Positions 59,812-64,000 of a stretch of DNA of 64,000 nt are shown here, piece by piece. This stretch comes from Microgenomates group bacterium (GTDB lineage Bacteria > Patescibacteriota > Microgenomatia > UBA10105 > UBA927). Numbering within the stretch: position 1 is the first letter of the stretch; each line of letters begins with the position of its first letter. The stretch spans positions 43,156 to 107,155 of the forward strand of contig JBAQFJ010000001.1 of assembly GCA_049287205.1 (NCBI GenBank), written 5' to 3'. The position numbers and the translations under genes are program-made. The notes below the pieces were generated by a model that was given only the letters and a program-made list of their open reading frames with translations, made no database searches and was not told where the DNA came from.

Positions 59812-61449
59812 TTATTTGGTTATGGCGAATATGATCGCCGTATCGTTTTGAAATACTGGCTGTATGCCAATTTTTTCTGTTATTGTCTGTATGTCCGTCC
59901 TGTGTGCAAGCGTAAATATACGCGGTCTCCAGATATTAAAATAAAATGCCTGTTGTTCTTCTTTTGTCGCGCTTGTCCATTCCAGATATCTGGCGCTCAC
60001 AACAAAGAGATAGGTTTTTATCGGTGTTGTTATCACCGGATCTTTTAACGCAGCAATCGTTGTTGTAAATGTGTCGTTGGTTTCTTGCGCTTGAAGTTGG
60101 GCGATCACCATACGGTTTTCCGGTTTCATGTACGCGCCGCCAAAGCTATTCACTCCACTTAATGCTTCATAGATATAGCTCGTTGCAGGATCAGAAACGA
60201 TGACTGTTGTCTTTGTGTCATAGACGTGTTTGATAAACGTGATTGCTTCAAGTTCACCACTTGCAACATGGGATGCGACCCCTTGCACAAAGAGCGGTGT
60301 TTGCCATGTGGCAATGTTTGTTTTGAGTATCCAAAATTGTGTTGCAGACAGGGCAATGAGTGCGACAAATATCAGTTTTTTGTTATGAAGGAGCGTTACA
60401 AGCTCTTGTACGCCAAAAGCAATGACAAGAATGAACATATAGCGGAATAACACGTAGAATTTCATGCTATAGGCGAGGGGAGACAAGATAACAGCAAGTA
60501 GCGTTAAAAACAGCGTGATAATAACCGTGACTTTTGGTGTTACTTTTGTTTTTGCAATTCCTAACAGGCCAAGCGGAATGAATAGAACAGGCAGTATCCC
60601 ATACCATCCTTGCATGTCTGAGAATGTTTTTCCAACAGTTTGCATGTAATGTGCTGCTTCTCCAAAGTTGAGCGTTTCCATAGGAATGATGAGGCCCGCC
60701 AATTGTAATAGCGCATAGACGGTAATGGGAAAGAGTAGTGTAATAGCGCTCATGAACTGATGTGATGTGCGTTTTTCGGCGTTATGTAACACAAGATATA
60801 AGATATATACGAGTATGCCGGCAGCACCGATAATCATATGTGTTGCCATGAGGGCAATGGAAAATATTCCGAATATCCATGGAAGCATTTTTTTATTTGC
60901 CTGGATTAGGGCGATGAATCCGAATACCCAGATGAGTGCTGCCATGGTTTGCGGCAGAACAAAATACGGGGTAAACACAATGGATGATTCAAAATATAAT
61001 GCAGATACTACACCTGCGATGAGTGCAGTTGTGGTATTTTTTGAAATAGTGCGAACAAGGCCATACGCGGCAAGGCTCGTAAGGAATGTCATATATAGTT
61101 CTGATGCCCACCAGAATCCCAAAACATTAGGATGGAACAGATATTGCGGGATCATGAGGATGTAGTGAAACAATGTGGTATATCCGGTAAATCCGAATGT
61201 ATCTGAAAGCTGCGATGGAAACAACGCGTGGTGTCCACTAAGTATAGCATTGATTACTGTCTGGTGTTCCCAGATATCCCAGTTGAGCGGTGAAGGATAC
61301 GGACTGTGTTGTTTCCAAGCAATAAAGCTAATAAGTGAAACAGCGGCCAAAATAATTGTTGTTGTTGATTTTGGTTTGCCAACTACAACCCACCCGAGGA
61401 TAAGGGGAATGATAAAAAGAACAAGTGCTGATAAAAGTGCTGTTATCAT
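59812..61449 (-). CDS. large polytopic membrane protein, possible GT-C fold glycosyltransferase
   Basis: 545 aa with at least 12 hydrophobic helices. It lies adjacent to the GT2 and GT4 genes. Confidence 0.45.
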   Translation of the reverse strand: MITALLSALVLFIIPLILGWVVVGKPKSTTTIILAAVSLISFIAWKQHSPYPSPLNWDIWEHQTVINAILSGHHALFPSQLSDTFGFTGYTTLFHYILMIPQYLFHPNVLGFWWASELYMTFLTSLAAYGLVRTISKNTTTALIAGVVSALYFESSIVFTPYFVLPQTMAALIWVFGFIALIQANKKMLPWIFGIFSIALMATHMIIGAAGILVYILYLVLHNAEKRTSHQFMSAITLLFPITVYALLQLAGLIIPMETLNFGEAAHYMQTVGKTFSDMQGWYGILPVLFIPLGLLGIAKTKVTPKVTVIITLFLTLLAVILSPLAYSMKFYVLFRYMFILVIAFGVQELVTLLHNKKLIFVALIALSATQFWILKTNIATWQTPLFVQGVASHVASGELEAITFIKHVYDTKTTVIVSDPATSYIYEALSGVNSFGGAYMKPENRMVIAQLQAQETNDTFTTTIAALKDPVITTPIKTYLFVVSARYLEWTSATKEEQQAFYFNIWRPRIFTLAHRTDIQTITEKIGIQPVFQNDTAIIFAITK

Positions 61450-61452
61450 ACG

Positions 61453-62031
61453 TTATTTTTTTAGTGTCGGTATTTCGGTGTACGCGTGTATAATTATCTG
61501 GGTAACGTGAACAGGAACAGTGATTGTTTTTTGTTCAAGATTTAACGTAGCTGTATTAATTCCCGTTATTTGTATCGTAAGCATCCCAGGGATATGTGGG
61601 TTTATCAGATAGAAAGATGAGGGAATAGTTATAGCTGTTCGGTCAGGATTCTGTGTTTTTTTCAGAGAAATACCTGATTGTGTTTCTACTGTTCTAGTCT
61701 CACTTTCTTTTGATTCTGTATACAAATTTCCTTCAGCATCAAAGATGATGTCATCGCGGCTGAAGCCAATGGTTGTTTGTGTTTTTTGTGTACGGATAAA
61801 GCGAACAGATGCCCCTTGTATAGTGGAGTAGGTGAATCCGTTGATCTGCAATGAATTATGCAGTCCATCTTGAAACAAGGCTGTTCCCCACGAGTTGTTT
61901 GCAAGATTGAAATAGCCAACTGCGTATGTCGGTTGTTTCCATGCGAGCATACCGCTTACCAAGCAAACGGCAAGTACAGCACAAAGAATCAAAACTCCTC
62001 GAACTGATATGGTCATTCGTGTTTGTTTCAT
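61453..62031 (-). CDS. signal-anchored extracytoplasmic protein
   Basis: MKQTRMTISVRGVLILCAVLAVCLVSG. Confidence 0.4.
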   Translation of the reverse strand: MKQTRMTISVRGVLILCAVLAVCLVSGMLAWKQPTYAVGYFNLANNSWGTALFQDGLHNSLQINGFTYSTIQGASVRFIRTQKTQTTIGFSRDDIIFDAEGNLYTESKESETRTVETQSGISLKKTQNPDRTAITIPSSFYLINPHIPGMLTIQITGINTATLNLEQKTITVPVHVTQIIIHAYTEIPTLKK

Positions 62032-62379
62032 ATATAAATATTGTGTTGTTGTTTTCAATCGACTTTTTAGAAAATCAATTGGAAACAACAGGCATACAGG
62101 GAATTTTTTTGAGCTTTTGGCTCGCAAAAATGGTATGTAAGTTGTTTGACTGTGTTAAGGTCGGGGTCGTCATCTGTAAAAATGAACATTGTCTGTTCTT
62201 CGAGTATGAGCCTTGTCTGTATTGGTTTTAAAGTCTCTAATCCGGTATTACCCAGAAGAAACAACCACAGATAGGAAATCATTCGATAGGTCTTAGTGAC
62301 CTGGAACTTAAATGTTATTTTGCAGCGTTACGGCGGCTCCCGACCCTTACGAGTCAGCGCGCGAAACATTGTTTATGCC

Positions 62380-63042
62380 CTAGTATTGCGGCAGAACATT
62401 GTTCCGAATCTCCCCGAGCGGCATTGCCATATAACCATTGTCGAGTTTGAATTCGATAATGATAGCAGTGCTGTCTTTGGGGAAATTTACACCTTCAGGT
62501 CCAGTGGTGAGTGGAATCCAATCGGTTGACACACCATCGCGGGTTACGCGGTAGCTGCCATTGGTTCCACTTGGCCAGAATGCCAGACCAGTACTAAGTG
62601 TATCTGAAGTAGCATACCCGATGTCATCAGGTTTGACTTCAAATTTCACTGTTCCAGTGCCGGTCATTCGCAGTTCCCAACAGTGTGGTACTTGTGCATC
62701 AACACCAGTGCTCATTTCGAGCTTGAACTGGTTGCTCCATGCACAATTGTCGCGGTTACCTGCTGTGACAATCCGTTGCCATCCATCGTCTAATGTGTCG
62801 ACGCGAATCGCAAGGAAGTCTCCACCAGCAATACTCGGCTCAAATGTTGCAGTGGGCACGAGTGCTTCGGTTGCTGCTGGCTCAAGCGTGGGCGTAGCCG
62901 AAGGTACAACTAGTTCGGTCGGCGCCAGAGTGAGTGTCGCAGTTGCTTCAGTTGCAGTGGGGGCTGTATTAGCCGCAATTCCGCTGCATGCCGTCAAAGA
63001 CAGCAGTACAAATACAAGTACAACAAACAGTAGTTTTTTCAC
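62380..63042 (-). CDS. lipoprotein with Thr/Ala/Pro-rich linker
   Basis: Signal plus lipobox LSLTAC. Confidence 0.55.
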   Translation of the reverse strand: MKKLLFVVLVFVLLSLTACSGIAANTAPTATEATATLTLAPTELVVPSATPTLEPAATEALVPTATFEPSIAGGDFLAIRVDTLDDGWQRIVTAGNRDNCAWSNQFKLEMSTGVDAQVPHCWELRMTGTGTVKFEVKPDDIGYATSDTLSTGLAFWPSGTNGSYRVTRDGVSTDWIPLTTGPEGVNFPKDSTAIIIEFKLDNGYMAMPLGEIRNNVLPQY

Positions 63043-63057
63043 TTCATTTCTCCTTGG

Positions 63058-63486
63058 TTAGTATTTTCGGAAGAAATATACAAATACACCGATGATAGCG
63101 TCGCCGATAAAAGCGATGCCAAGTATGGTGTATACGACCGGGGTTCCAGTCAAGACGATCGAGAGCATGAGAGCTGCAATGTTCCACATCACACTCATTA
63201 CTACTCCTGAACCGACGAAATACGCGGTTCGATTGATTGCTCCGCCCAAATGGAATCCCTTCCAAAAAAAGTAAAACCCGGACGCCAAAATGCTGACGCT
63301 AAGAAACACGATGATTGTAATAGCGTTTGCATGTTGGATTCTTGCAGGCAGATCACTTGCAGTGTTTCCAAACGCAAGGATTGCCCCATACACGTTCATA
63401 GCCGCGATAGTGAGGGCGATAAACCCTACTAGGAGAAAAATGAAATTTTTTCTCGCTTCTGCTTGCTGTTCAGGTGTGCGTGCCAT
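63058..63486 (-). CDS. small 4-TM membrane protein
   Basis: 142 aa, with four hydrophobic helices. Confidence 0.45.
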   Translation of the reverse strand: MARTPEQQAEARKNFIFLLVGFIALTIAAMNVYGAILAFGNTASDLPARIQHANAITIIVFLSVSILASGFYFFWKGFHLGGAINRTAYFVGSGVVMSVMWNIAALMLSIVLTGTPVVYTILGIAFIGDAIIGVFVYFFRKY

Positions 63487-63559
63487 TTTTTAATCCTCCA
63501 AATTGAAATTGAATCGTTTAGTTTTTTGGTACATCTTTTTTGATACATCCGTAGCTTTT

Positions 63560-63918
63560 TCAAGCCTTTTAAAAAACAAACTGGTTTCGGATAGACCCAG
63601 GAAGCACTGGATAAATGAGCCGTTTCGTGACCGCCTGCCTTCAGTCACGCTGTACTACTATTACCCAGCACTTCCCGGATCTAACCGTCGTTTCTATCTG
63701 GAAGAATTTTTCCCTGTATGCCTTGTTAAAGAGCAATGTTTGTTTTGCATCTGTGTCACGCATATGTGATACAGGTACGGACAAACAATTCCTGACTTTG
63801 TGAGTCAGGAACAGATAGTGAAGTCCTCACTACCTGTTTCTGACCACACCCTACGGGTGTCGTCACTCGTACACTGTTTTTCGATGACTCAAAACAGTTA
63901 CGAATTGACAAAAATAAA
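63560..63918 (+). ncRNA. candidate structured RNA / orphan transcript of unknown class
   Basis: No credible ORF. Several perfect hairpins (cctgact-ttgtg-agtcagg at 63789-63807, ctgtttt...aaaacag near 63879-63907, a UACG-type loop). It ends at an intrinsic terminator. No tmRNA or RNase P signature was recognised. Confidence 0.2.
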
Positions 63919-63946
63919 CCGGCTATTACGCCGGTTCTTTTTTAAA
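63919..63946 (+). terminator. intrinsic terminator (accggc-tattac-gccggt + T-run)
   Basis: GC hairpin followed by tcttttttaaaa. Confidence 0.5.
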
Positions 63947-64000
63947 ACACTTGTTTGCTAGTACCGGCAGGAATAGCGAACAGTATGTAAAATTATGTTT

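Noticed and set aside
63503-63803. Track ORFs 63503..63769(+) and 63615..63803(+).
   Set aside because: Low-complexity, non-protein-like translations with no RBS. The region looks like structured non-coding sequence.

Overview
This 64-kb window looks like a compact bacterial genome region that uses the standard genetic code: TGA ends genes, so code 25 is rejected. It is probably a small-genome, CPR/Patescibacteria-like organism, but that is only an inference from gene content (pilins, a split comEC, giant surface proteins, many small hypothetical genes and few biosynthesis genes).

The housekeeping genes I can support are leuS, comEA, comEC as two separate ORFs, argH-argG-argS and lepA.

The accessory content is more striking:
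- Two glycosyltransferase-rich blocks sit at 1-3.9 kb and 57.8-61.4 kb.
- An O-antigen-ligase/TPR gene lies divergent from three tandem GspG/PilA-like pilins.
- Two giant membrane-anchored collagen-like proteins (2441 aa and 1412 aa; Gly-X-Thr repeats plus C-terminal fibre-tip-like domains) each sit directly downstream of a small DNA-binding-domain protein. One partner is an integrase-type CB-domain-only protein. The other is an HTH-multiTM-Cache membrane regulator whose stop overlaps the giant gene's start (TAATG).
- The second locus continues as a ~16-kb same-strand operon (39.7-55.9 kb) that encodes two ~1,100-aa paralogous secreted repeat proteins.
- Between argS and a TPR membrane protein there is a 6-kb island of small hypothetical genes in three cassettes. 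Each cassette is preceded by a paralogous ~180-nt leader module: a near-consensus promoter, a hairpin plus T-run, an exact CTTTGACATATCGTG 15-mer and a long-range GGCAA/TTGCC stem. The hairpins differ between copies in a compensatory way.
- A T-box-like leader lies upstream of argH-argG-argS.

I found no rRNA, tRNA or CRISPR array.

All calls come from reading the sequence and the ORF track by eye. No database search was run.
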